A DNA stretch of 64,000 bases from Cyanobacteriota bacterium (GTDB lineage: Bacteria; Cyanobacteriota; Cyanobacteriia; Cyanobacteriales; Nostocaceae), in contig JBJOKS010000015.1 in assembly GCA_046045965.1 (NCBI GenBank), positions 1 through 64,000 on the forward strand. The letters run 5' to 3'. The stretch's first letter is position 1. Each line of letters begins with the position of its first letter. Below are positions 32,724-42,345 of the stretch, one piece after another. The notes below the pieces were generated by a model. That model was not told the origin of the DNA and made no database searches. It saw only the letters and a list, made by a program, of their open reading frames with translations. The translations under genes and the position numbers were made by a program.

Positions 32724-34151
32724 TCACTCCACAACCGCAGGTAAAGATTTTGCTAAACTTTCCCCATTATTCAAATTTTCCCCTTGACCCTGGGAAGTGA
32801 AAACCTGTTTCAAAACCTGCATGAAAATTCTAGGATGGAAAAATGCGCTAGGAGGTTTGATCATGTTAACTACTTCTAAAAACAACTGATGAACTTCCGC
32901 ACTTTTGCTTTGTAATATCATCACTTGTTCTAAATATTTTTGCATCATTTTATTGATAAAACTAGGTTGTCCTCCCTCGGTAGTAGACCAACGGAAATCC
33001 TCACCTGTAGCCATCATCCAAGGTACACTAATTACCTGATTGAGTTGCTTTTGAAAACGTCGAGATAGACCAATTAAATTACTTTGTTTGCTTAAACATT
33101 CATCCAGAGTCATAGCACCTAAAGCAGAAGTAGTCATACCTTGACCGTAAACAGGATTGAAACTACAAACAGCATCACCGACTACTACTAAATTTTCTGG
33201 AAATCGAGACAATTTTTCATAATGACGCAAACAATTTTCTGTGCGTTTATAGGCGTAAATTGGGGAAATTGGTTGAGCTTTTTTGATGGTTTCGTAGATA
33301 ATAGGCGATCGCAAACTGCGAGTAAATTCCAAAAAACCAGCCTCATCTGTAGGTGGATAATCTCGACCTATACCGACTAATGTCAGAATCCAGCGATCGC
33401 CCTCAACTCGATAAATCACACCCCCACGAGTACCTGGTGGTTGTGCAGTCATATACACAGAATGCCAGTCAATTTGCAAATCCGATGGAATTTGATACCA
33501 GCGACTGGCATAACCTAAAAAAGAATTAACAATTGTTTCCTGGGGTGGTTCATAACCCATCTCTTGCAACCAGTGAGGTGTGCGCGAATTTCTGCCAGTT
33601 GCATCTACCACCAAATCAGCAAATATTTCTGTTTCCGGTTCATTACCAGTGCGTATCCGTACACCAGTAAAATTAGTTTTGTTGGCGTTGGATAACAAGC
33701 TAGTTACCTGTGTACCTGACCTCAATTCCACACGGTCATTTGCAGCCAAATGTTTGCGGATAGTCCATTCCAGCAAATTCCGACTACAGGTGTGGGTAGC
33801 TAAATGAGAACGAAAACGGGGAGACCATCCGCTAAAACCCAACCAAGGACAATCTGCTGTCCAATTAATCATTGGTGCGCCTGACTCTGCTAACTCACCA
33901 ACAATACCAGGAAACAACTGTTCTAAAATCTGTTGACCCCGCATCAGCAGCCCATGAACATGAAGAGATTGGGGAACACCAGGCCGTTGTTCTGGTTGTG
34001 CGGTTGCCCCTAGCAAATCCTTTTCTACAATTATTACACGGTCAAAATGCCGAGTCAGCACTTGAGCAGCCAGCATTCCGGCGATACTTCCCCCAATGAC
34101 AACAGCGGTTTTTTCTGTAGATGTGGAATTATTTGAGTACATCATTTCCAA
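32724..34151 (-). CDS. FAD-dependent oxidoreductase/monooxygenase
   Basis: VIGGSIAG, DATGR, GDAVCSFNPVYGQGMT. Confidence 0.88.
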   Translation of the reverse strand: MEMMYSNNSTSTEKTAVVIGGSIAGMLAAQVLTRHFDRVIIVEKDLLGATAQPEQRPGVPQSLHVHGLLMRGQQILEQLFPGIVGELAESGAPMINWTADCPWLGFSGWSPRFRSHLATHTCSRNLLEWTIRKHLAANDRVELRSGTQVTSLLSNANKTNFTGVRIRTGNEPETEIFADLVVDATGRNSRTPHWLQEMGYEPPQETIVNSFLGYASRWYQIPSDLQIDWHSVYMTAQPPGTRGGVIYRVEGDRWILTLVGIGRDYPPTDEAGFLEFTRSLRSPIIYETIKKAQPISPIYAYKRTENCLRHYEKLSRFPENLVVVGDAVCSFNPVYGQGMTTSALGAMTLDECLSKQSNLIGLSRRFQKQLNQVISVPWMMATGEDFRWSTTEGGQPSFINKMMQKYLEQVMILQSKSAEVHQLFLEVVNMIKPPSAFFHPRIFMQVLKQVFTSQGQGENLNNGESLAKSLPAVVE

Positions 34152-34271
34152 ATAGACTGAGTTAAAACAAATTTATTTTGCCTATCTCAATTTTATCCAA
34201 ATTTTGTGGGGTGGGCATCTTGCCCGCCCTAAATATACAACTTAAATTATCTAATTTTTGATCATCGAAAA

Positions 34272-36434
34272 TTACCATTTTAAAACCTGTTTCCTCATTT
34301 CTTCCATATCTAAATAATCCTTAACAAAGGCTTTACGCAACAACTCATGAGGAATAAACTGATCATACTTTTGCAGTTCCGGTGCTTCCGCATGACTCAC
34401 TAAATGTTCTGCTGTAATTCTTTGCTCACATAAAGAGGCAATTTCTGAATAAACTGATGAAAATTTGTCCTTACCTAATTTCAATGTCAAATAATAAGGA
34501 TTTATCCCGCCAATACTGCTAATTTCCAAAGATTCCCGACAAAAGCAATTAAGCAATCTTTCTAAAGTTCGATAAGCTACAGTACCCATCCAAGGAAAGA
34601 TGCAGCATTTATTTTTTTCTAATTGCAGAATATTCTGTTTATCTAACCCCACCTTTCGCGTTAAATTTCTCACTTCCTGCAAACGTAATTTAGCATTTTT
34701 TTGTAAATAACTATATTCTGTATCTTCTAATAAAACCTGACGCATTTTCTGTAAAATTCTCCCATGAATATTACCACTACCACCACGCCAATAAATAGTA
34801 GATTTACCCTCAACCTGTTTAACCAAAATCACCTGCTTTTTAAAATCAACTTCTAACACCTCCCAACTCTTACCAGCTAAAGCAAATTGATTACCCACAG
34901 CAGGAGGTGTAACAATACTACCAATTTCTGTTTTCCCTTGTTTTACAGTATATTCTTGATGGTCAGCAAACACAGCATAAAACTGAAATTTATTAACTAT
35001 TTTTTCTCCTGCTAAACCAATCATTAATTTACCAGTTTCAGTTTTTTGAATGTGATTGATATCAATTAAATATCGTAGCAATAACTTATAATCCTCGGTG
35101 GAAATGTTAGCAAATGGTGAGAAGCTAAAAATTTGTTGAGCTAAAGCAACAGGAGAAATTTCTAATGTTGCGGCTAAAATACTCATGGTTTGATGATAAA
35201 GCAAACTAAAAGGATATTGAATTGGTGTAATTGGTTCTATCCAACTTTCTTCTAAATAAAGTTGAATAATAGCGATACATTGTAAGAGTTGCCAGGGAAT
35301 TTGTTCTGGTAAAGTAGCTTCTGATAATGGGTGTTCTTCAGCACAAACAAAACGCATATCCGCAGCTTCTCTCCTTCTTCCACTGCGTCCCAATCTTTGT
35401 AAAAAACTCGCAACAGATAACGGTGATTCTAATTGAATAACTCGCTCTAAATAACCGATATCTATACCTAATTCTAAAGTTAAAGTCGCCGCAGTCACCG
35501 CAGGGGTATGTGGTTCACGCATAGCATTTTCCGCAGCTTGTCGTAAGCTGGCAGAAATACTACCATGATGGACATGATAGATATCTGGAAATCCTGCATT
35601 TTGTGCTATGTTACGCAAATCAGAAATAATAGATTCTGTTTGGGTGCGGTTGTTAGCAAAGATTAAACATTTACGAGATTTGGTAAGGTTAAAAATATAT
35701 TTATCATAATCAGACTCATCAATATCTTTATTAATAAAAAAATGTTCTACAGCCAGTTTAACTTGTCGCCTTCCTGCTTCAAGTTTCGGGGTAACTACTG
35801 GTTTATCTGTTCCTGAACTTAACCATTTTTCCGCTATTGCATAGTCACCTAGAGTAGCGGATAAACCAATGCGTCTGGGTTGAATTTTAGTAACTTTTGC
35901 TAATCGTTGTAATTGACAGATAATTTGACAACCTCTTTCTGAACCCATAAAGGCGTGAATTTCATCAATGACGATAAAGCGTAAATCAGCAAATAATCTG
36001 CTTAATTCCTGATGTTTATTAATCAATAAACTTTCTAAAGATTCCGGTGTAATTTGTAAAATACCTTGAGGATTTTTTAAAAGTTTGTTTTTGCCCCTTT
36101 GAGATACATCACCATGCCATGAATACACAGGAATATCTGCGGTTTTTAATAAGTCATTGAGGCGTTGAAATTGGTCATTAATCAAAGCTTTGATAGGACT
36201 AATATACAATACACCGATAGTAGTAGATGGGTTTTCCTGTAATAAAGTTAAAATAGGTAAAAATGCAGCTTCTGTTTTTCCCGCAGCGGTGGCAGCAGCA
36301 ACTAGCAAATGAGCGTCAGTTTGAAATATAACTTCACAAGCCGCAATTTGTACTGGTCTTAATTCTGTCCAATTGTGAAGATAAATGTATTCTTGGATAA
36401 AGGGAGCAAGTCTAGAAAAGGTGCTGTTACTCAT
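34272..36434 (-). CDS. Lhr-like DEAD/DEAH helicase (Shango SngC / BrxHI-like)
   Basis: ATAAGKTEAA, DEIH, SAT, HHGS, TLELGIDIG, QRLGRSGRR. Confidence 0.88.
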   Translation of the reverse strand: MSNSTFSRLAPFIQEYIYLHNWTELRPVQIAACEVIFQTDAHLLVAAATAAGKTEAAFLPILTLLQENPSTTIGVLYISPIKALINDQFQRLNDLLKTADIPVYSWHGDVSQRGKNKLLKNPQGILQITPESLESLLINKHQELSRLFADLRFIVIDEIHAFMGSERGCQIICQLQRLAKVTKIQPRRIGLSATLGDYAIAEKWLSSGTDKPVVTPKLEAGRRQVKLAVEHFFINKDIDESDYDKYIFNLTKSRKCLIFANNRTQTESIISDLRNIAQNAGFPDIYHVHHGSISASLRQAAENAMREPHTPAVTAATLTLELGIDIGYLERVIQLESPLSVASFLQRLGRSGRRREAADMRFVCAEEHPLSEATLPEQIPWQLLQCIAIIQLYLEESWIEPITPIQYPFSLLYHQTMSILAATLEISPVALAQQIFSFSPFANISTEDYKLLLRYLIDINHIQKTETGKLMIGLAGEKIVNKFQFYAVFADHQEYTVKQGKTEIGSIVTPPAVGNQFALAGKSWEVLEVDFKKQVILVKQVEGKSTIYWRGGSGNIHGRILQKMRQVLLEDTEYSYLQKNAKLRLQEVRNLTRKVGLDKQNILQLEKNKCCIFPWMGTVAYRTLERLLNCFCRESLEISSIGGINPYYLTLKLGKDKFSSVYSEIASLCEQRITAEHLVSHAEAPELQKYDQFIPHELLRKAFVKDYLDMEEMRKQVLKW

Positions 36435-36554
36435 AGATAGCAGGATAATCACAGAATGTTGTGTTTCATGTCAGTTGCTGACCTCAGTAAGCTTACAGTA
36501 AGCTAGTAACAATGAGTCAAGTTATCAAAGTAACGAAGCTGTAAAGTTGGGAAA

Positions 36555-37952
36555 ATGACAAATCAAGATTTAGGTGAATTTGCCAAAGAGACCCTAGTAG
36601 AACGCTATGAAGTACAGCAACAACTGGGTAAAAAAGCTGGAAGGAGAACGCTGCTAACTCGTGACTTACAAACCCAAGAACTGGTAGTAGTTAAATTACT
36701 GACATTTGATGATGAATTTCAATGGCACGATTTAAAGTTATTTGAGCGCGAAGCAGAAACCCTAAAATCACTTTCTCATCCTGCTATTCCCCGTTATCTA
36801 GACTATTTTGAATTAGATACACCCTCTTACAAAGGATTTGCACTGGTACAAAGTTATATTCCTGCTGAGTCTTTAGAAACCCAACTGAAAGCAGGACGTA
36901 GTTTCAATGAAAAAGAAGTTAAACAATTAGCAACAGCATTACTAGAAATTCTCAAATATTTACACAGTCAGCAACCACCAATAATTCATCGTGATATTAA
37001 ACCCAGCAATATATTATTAACAAATCGCTCTGGTAATAGCGTTGGTGATGTTTATTTAGTTGATTTTGGTTCTGTGCAAACTATTGTCAGAAGTAATAGT
37101 ACCATGACCGTTGTTGGTAGTTATGGATATATGCCACCTGAACAATTTAGTGGTAAAGCTAGTCCTGCTTCTGACCTTTATGGTTTGGGTGCGACTTTAA
37201 TTTATTTAGTTACTGGTCAACATCCAGCAGATTTACCGCAACAAGATTTAGTGATTAAATTTGAACAAGCTGCTAATATTAGTCCTGATTTTAGTAATTG
37301 GTTGCGGAAGATGACACAACCGATGTTGAGTAAACGGTTCGCTTCTGCTCAACAAGCTGTACAAGCTTTACAGATACCTATCAATCAAATTACTACTCCA
37401 GTAAAAACATCTAATTTAATTTTAGACAAGCCGTTTGGTAGTCAGATTATTTTAAATAAAAATGCTGATTTTATAGAAATTATCCTTTCTCCCAAACCAG
37501 GAATGTCTAAGGTAGGGGCGATGTTTGTTTGGTATTTTACGACCGTTTTACCGCTTTCTATTGTTTTTGCCTTTTTCTCACCTATATTTGGTATCCTTTC
37601 ACCTTTGCTACCTACACTTAATATATTCATATTGGTTTTTATCATTCTGATGTCTTTATTTGGCAAAAAAAGACTATATATCAATAAAAGAGAAATTTCT
37701 TTATGTTATGACTTATTTGGTATGAGGCGCTTTAGTCCTCTTCCCAGTCACAGAAAGAATATTATTCGCTTGGAGCGTGGTAGTATATATTATAATCTTG
37801 CTCCTCATCCTTGTTTAATTATCTGGGCAGGACTAACAAAGTATGAAATTCATACTGGCCAGAATAATATGTTTTCTGTGAGTACCATAGAATTAGATTG
37901 GTTAGCTCAAGAACTCAGTGAATGGCTTGATTTACCAATTACAAAAAATTAA
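36555..37952 (+). CDS. Hanks-type Ser/Thr protein kinase with C-terminal TM segments
   Basis: VVKLL, HRDIKPSN, DFG, GYMPPEQ; hydrophobic stretch in the C-terminal third. Confidence 0.93.
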   Translation: MTNQDLGEFAKETLVERYEVQQQLGKKAGRRTLLTRDLQTQELVVVKLLTFDDEFQWHDLKLFEREAETLKSLSHPAIPRYLDYFELDTPSYKGFALVQSYIPAESLETQLKAGRSFNEKEVKQLATALLEILKYLHSQQPPIIHRDIKPSNILLTNRSGNSVGDVYLVDFGSVQTIVRSNSTMTVVGSYGYMPPEQFSGKASPASDLYGLGATLIYLVTGQHPADLPQQDLVIKFEQAANISPDFSNWLRKMTQPMLSKRFASAQQAVQALQIPINQITTPVKTSNLILDKPFGSQIILNKNADFIEIILSPKPGMSKVGAMFVWYFTTVLPLSIVFAFFSPIFGILSPLLPTLNIFILVFIILMSLFGKKRLYINKREISLCYDLFGMRRFSPLPSHRKNIIRLERGSIYYNLAPHPCLIIWAGLTKYEIHTGQNNMFSVSTIELDWLAQELSEWLDLPITKN

Positions 37953-38059
37953 ATTACTACATAGCAAAGCAAACAAAAAATTACCGCATAGAGCAGAATT
38001 TTCTCTTTCTCTGCGTTCTCTGCGTCTCTGCGGTTAAATAAATCAAAAAATGTAACTTG

Positions 38060-39385
38060 TTACAGACTAAATTCCGCTACATCATCATCTAAATCAGCAT
38101 CTTTACCTGCTACCGTAAGTTTAAAATTAGCACCGTGAATCAATTCAGAAAAGTTAATTTCTGGGTTTTGATAAATAACATTCAACACACTAATAAAATC
38201 CCGAATTATTTCCCCCGGTGTCAATAATGCTTCTGCACCTAAGCGAGTAACTATTTCTTGGACAAATTCTTTTAAATTAGCATCTTTCAATGTTGGTTCA
38301 TAACCAAAATTTAAGGCATGAATTTCTGTTAATCTTTGCAAAAGTGTAAGTATCTCTATTTCTGTTAAAGGGTTAAGGCGAATTACAGGACCTAAATATT
38401 CCTGTACATTAGCTTGGGTAACAAATCGACTTTCTTTGGTGCGTCTACGCCAAGCTTGGTCAGCAAAAAGTCCCCGGTTTGGGTCTTCTAAAAATTTTGT
38501 GGTTCCACCAATGAAAATCCCCAGATTTTCGGCTTTACATTGCATGGTATCGTTAAACATCCCCAATAGCCGATTATAGTTTTTTTCACGGGTAACTGTA
38601 GTGGATATTTGATATAAATTGACCGCTTCATCTATTAAAATTAACAGTCCTTTATAGCCGATTTCGGCGACGAATTTAGCTAATAATTTAATATAATCAT
38701 ACCAAGTTTCATCATCAATAATAACGCGCACTCCTAAAGCTGCTCTAGCTTCTGTTTTGGTGTTAAATTCTCCTCTTAACCAGCGCAAAGAAGCATTTTT
38801 TAAGTCATCATCATCTAAGCGATAACTACGCCAATAAGCAATAATTACACTACCAAAATCAAAGCCATGAACTAAGTCTTCAATATAATGAACTACTTCC
38901 CGAATTTTGGTTTCTACTTGGTCATCAAATCCTTCATCATTGGGACGCATTCCCGTTTCTTTGGCTACTTCTTGCTGCATTTTATTAATCCATGCTTCCA
39001 ATATGGAAATTAAAGCACCACCATCAGGACGGGTTTTTGTAGCGAGATGACTCATCAATTCTCGATAGGTTGCTAAACCTTCATTGTTGCTTCCTGCTAG
39101 TCTGCGTCCAGAGGATAAATCAGCATCAGCTACTACAAATCCTTGCTCTATTGCGCGGTTACGAACCATTTGTAGCATGAAGCTTTTTCCTGAACCGTAG
39201 TTACCAATGATAAACCGAAATGCGGCTACACCTTCTGCAATATCATTGAGATTTTGGAGGATGCTATTTAGTTCTTTTTCTCTACCTACTGCTATATGTT
39301 CAATTCCTGTTCTGGGAACTACTCCTGCACTCAGGGAATTAATTAAAGCTGTGGAAACTTTTTTTGATATTTTGTGTTTTGTCAT
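38060..39385 (-). CDS. DUF2791/BrxD-like P-loop ATPase (Shango SngB-like)
   Basis: LSAGVVPRTG, VGREKE, GNYGSGKS, LILIDE. Confidence 0.85.
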   Translation of the reverse strand: MTKHKISKKVSTALINSLSAGVVPRTGIEHIAVGREKELNSILQNLNDIAEGVAAFRFIIGNYGSGKSFMLQMVRNRAIEQGFVVADADLSSGRRLAGSNNEGLATYRELMSHLATKTRPDGGALISILEAWINKMQQEVAKETGMRPNDEGFDDQVETKIREVVHYIEDLVHGFDFGSVIIAYWRSYRLDDDDLKNASLRWLRGEFNTKTEARAALGVRVIIDDETWYDYIKLLAKFVAEIGYKGLLILIDEAVNLYQISTTVTREKNYNRLLGMFNDTMQCKAENLGIFIGGTTKFLEDPNRGLFADQAWRRRTKESRFVTQANVQEYLGPVIRLNPLTEIEILTLLQRLTEIHALNFGYEPTLKDANLKEFVQEIVTRLGAEALLTPGEIIRDFISVLNVIYQNPEINFSELIHGANFKLTVAGKDADLDDDVAEFSL

Positions 39386-39490
39386 GTAGTTGGTATTAAT
39401 TCATTTTCCGTTTAAAGCATAATACAGTATATCAGAGAAATACAAGTTTTCCTATTCAAGTAATGGTGAAAATTCTTTGTTAGCTGATGG

Positions 39491-40801
39491 TTATTTATTC
39501 ATAGAATCTTCATAAATGGCGATAATTTTTTTGATATTTAGCAGATGTTCTGGATAAATTTCTGGGTTTTCTTCACTTGTTTCAATAATTAGTTCACCGA
39601 TAGTATTATTGGCAATTTCATTGATAGAGTCTATTAATAAATTCGGCATGGTAATTTGTGCTTCGGCAATTTGTTTAATTATTGCTTTGGGATTATCTTG
39701 TTCAACTATGGCTTTTAATACCTGAATTTGATAGGTTGGCAGGGTTTCTATAAAGTTACTCCATTCTGGAGGTAAAGAAGTCGTGATTTTCTCATCTAAC
39801 GGTTCTAGTAATTCATCAAAAGGAAATAATTCAATTTCATCTTCCTGGGTATTATCAGGTAATTGTTCTTGATTGAGGTTTTCTATTTTTTGGAGTAATT
39901 CCCAAACTTGGTTTTGTAATAAGTCGCGCTCATCTTGTAATAAGGAAATTTGATTTTGTAATTGTTTAATTTTAGCTTGTTCTGCTTGTTTTTGCGTTTG
40001 TAAATCACTAAGTATATTTTCTAGCTTTTCTCTGGCGGTTATCCTATCTGTTAGTAAGTTATTTTGATTGGATAATTTGATTTCTAAATCTTGAATTTCT
40101 ATTCGCAGTTCATAGAGTTTTTCCTCTAGTTGGGGTTTGAGTCTATTAGAGAGAATGAGGTTATTTTCGAGTTCCTCTTTTTCCTGTTTAAAGGCTTCAA
40201 TTTGAGCTTGAATTTGGTTAATTTCTGACCGCGATACATTACAAGTTATTTCTAAACGGCGTTTTTCTATTGCCAGTTCAGAACATGATTTTTTGAGGTC
40301 TGCGGTACTATTTTCTAGGTTTTCTAGTGCATTTTTGAGGTTATTAGTTTCTACTTCTAGCTGCTTTTTTTGTCCGGCAAAGTTGCCAATCTCTCTGTGT
40401 AAAGTATCTCTTTGATTACGGGATTCTGCTATTTGATTTTGCAGTTGCTGTGATTCGGTATAGAGAATAATTTTATGTTGTTTTACTTGTTCAACTTCTC
40501 TGGCAATTCTATATTTTAAGCCTTCAAGTTCTCTGATTTTTCTATGGAGAGAACTTAAAACCAGCAGTTCATAATTTCTGCGTCTTTTATCAACAAATAA
40601 TGCGGCTGAATAGGTTGCAAGTACGGTGATTATACCAGTGACTAAGGCTTGAGTAAAATTCCAGTTGGGAACAAGACTTAAACCAAAACTCACACTAAAG
40701 GCAGATACACCTAGAATTAATCTATTACTTACTATTCCTGATTGCATTTTGCTTGTTTTTAGCGTAGTAACCTGGTGGGAATCAGTAGTTATTAAGGTCA
40801 T
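39491..40801 (-). CDS. Membrane-anchored coiled-coil protein with C-terminal TerB-C domain (Shango SngA-like)
   Basis: Two N-terminal TM helices; long coiled coil; C-terminal MPNLLIDSINEIANNTIGELIIE is TerB-C-like. Confidence 0.75.
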   Translation of the reverse strand: MTLITTDSHQVTTLKTSKMQSGIVSNRLILGVSAFSVSFGLSLVPNWNFTQALVTGIITVLATYSAALFVDKRRRNYELLVLSSLHRKIRELEGLKYRIAREVEQVKQHKIILYTESQQLQNQIAESRNQRDTLHREIGNFAGQKKQLEVETNNLKNALENLENSTADLKKSCSELAIEKRRLEITCNVSRSEINQIQAQIEAFKQEKEELENNLILSNRLKPQLEEKLYELRIEIQDLEIKLSNQNNLLTDRITAREKLENILSDLQTQKQAEQAKIKQLQNQISLLQDERDLLQNQVWELLQKIENLNQEQLPDNTQEDEIELFPFDELLEPLDEKITTSLPPEWSNFIETLPTYQIQVLKAIVEQDNPKAIIKQIAEAQITMPNLLIDSINEIANNTIGELIIETSEENPEIYPEHLLNIKKIIAIYEDSMNK

Positions 40802-40860
40802 TATTGTTCACATCTTCTTGAAAATCACGGTGTGTAAATAAAAATTTATTAGTAAGTTAA

Positions 40861-42186
40861 TTACAGGCTATTTTTATTATCACCATAAACAGCTAAATCT
40901 GCTTTTAAGAAGTCAATAAACTGCCGTGCTGTGCGGCCAGAACGTCCATTATGGCGAGTTGCCCATTGTAAAGCTTGATATTCTAAATCTTCTTGATTAA
41001 TATTAATACCTGCTTGTACTGCTAAATGCTGGACAATTTGTAAATATGTTTTTTGATCTGCGGCTTCAAAGGTTAATGTTAAACCAAAGCGATCGCTAAA
41101 GGAAAGCTTTTCCTGCATTGTATCCCAAGCATGGACTTCCTCCTTATCCTTGGGGGTAGGTCTATCACTAAAATACTCTCGAATTAAGTGACGACGGTTA
41201 GATGTAGCATAAACCACTACATTTTCTGGTCTAGCGGTTAAACTGCCTTCTAAAACTACTTTTAGTGCTTTAAAAGCATCATCATCTTCCTCAAAGGAAA
41301 GATCATCTACAAAGATGATAAATTTTTGTGGTACTCCTCGCAAATGTTCGACAATTTGTGGTAGGTTTTGTAGTTGCGATTTTGCCACTTCGATTAAGCG
41401 CAGGTTTTTGTCGCTATATTCATTCAATAAAGATTTTACTAAAGATGACTTACCAGAACCGCGACTCCCGTAAAGCAATACGTGTAATGCTGGTTGTCCT
41501 GACAATAAGAACTTGGTATTTTTTAACAAAGTATCTTTTTGCCAGTCATAACCTACCAATGTATCCAGTTTAACTGGGTCAGGATATGGTATACCAATAA
41601 ACTGCCCATCTTGCCAGCGAAAAGCACGATATTCGGCAAATAAACCAGTTCCATGCTGCTGATAATAAGCTGCTAAATCTTTGACTGTATCAGCCCAAGT
41701 GTTTAACTGTTGCCAAGTGGTAATTAAATCAGTATCAATTGCTGCTTCTGGTTCTTGATACCACACGACGGGGGAAACTGGCAAATGAGATACAATTTGC
41801 ACCCACTCACTTAAAACAGCACTGTTACATTCATATAAATTTTGTAATACTTGTAAATCATGTTGGGCAGCTGCGACTAACGCCGATGGTAATTCAGTAA
41901 ATTCTCGCTGTTGAGCTAGTCTGGTAAAGGGGTTGTCAGCTATGAGAATTTGGTTAATTAGGTATTCTTCCCAGGTTTGTTTGCTGGCTGCCAAAGCTTG
42001 AAAATAATTACCGTAAGCTTGGAGACAGTCACGCCCGTCCGCGTCAGTGTAACGTATAGCTTGCAGCAAATCAAGAAATGCGATCGCTACTTCGCCGTTC
42101 AGGACAGATTGGTAAAGTAAAAGAGACGCTGCTTGGCGTTGGAAAAATTGCACTTTGGTGTACGACGAAGTATTTACGGTAGACAT
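40861..42186 (-). CDS. DUF815 AAA+ ATPase
   Basis: GSRGSGKSS, FVDDLSFE, YATSNRRHL, EKLSFSDRFG, RSGRTARQF. Likely start is 42186. Confidence 0.9.
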   Translation of the reverse strand: MSTVNTSSYTKVQFFQRQAASLLLYQSVLNGEVAIAFLDLLQAIRYTDADGRDCLQAYGNYFQALAASKQTWEEYLINQILIADNPFTRLAQQREFTELPSALVAAAQHDLQVLQNLYECNSAVLSEWVQIVSHLPVSPVVWYQEPEAAIDTDLITTWQQLNTWADTVKDLAAYYQQHGTGLFAEYRAFRWQDGQFIGIPYPDPVKLDTLVGYDWQKDTLLKNTKFLLSGQPALHVLLYGSRGSGKSSLVKSLLNEYSDKNLRLIEVAKSQLQNLPQIVEHLRGVPQKFIIFVDDLSFEEDDDAFKALKVVLEGSLTARPENVVVYATSNRRHLIREYFSDRPTPKDKEEVHAWDTMQEKLSFSDRFGLTLTFEAADQKTYLQIVQHLAVQAGININQEDLEYQALQWATRHNGRSGRTARQFIDFLKADLAVYGDNKNSL

Positions 42187-42246
42187 GGCTGATGTAATTG
42201 TCTGCTGAATTAAAACGTAAAATCCCAATCAACACAGGTTGTAACA

Positions 42247-42345
42247 ATGAATTTAGGTATAGTTGTCGCTTTTGGCTATGGCATTTTAGCATTAGTAGGG
42301 GGAATCATCGGCTACATCCAGGCTCAGAGTAAAGTTTCTTTATAA
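42247..42345 (+). pseudogene. Truncated TMEM14-family small membrane protein
   Basis: MNLGIVVAFGYGILALVGGIIGYIQAQSKVSL* matches the TMEM14 N-terminus but stops after 32 codons, next to the TnpB element. Confidence 0.65.

Noticed and set aside
34272..39385. Type 2 BREX/Pgl system (BrxD + BrxHI + kinase as PglW)
   Set aside because: No pglX, pglY or pglZ. The kinase is a small membrane type on the opposite strand, and the TerB-C partner points to Shango-like.
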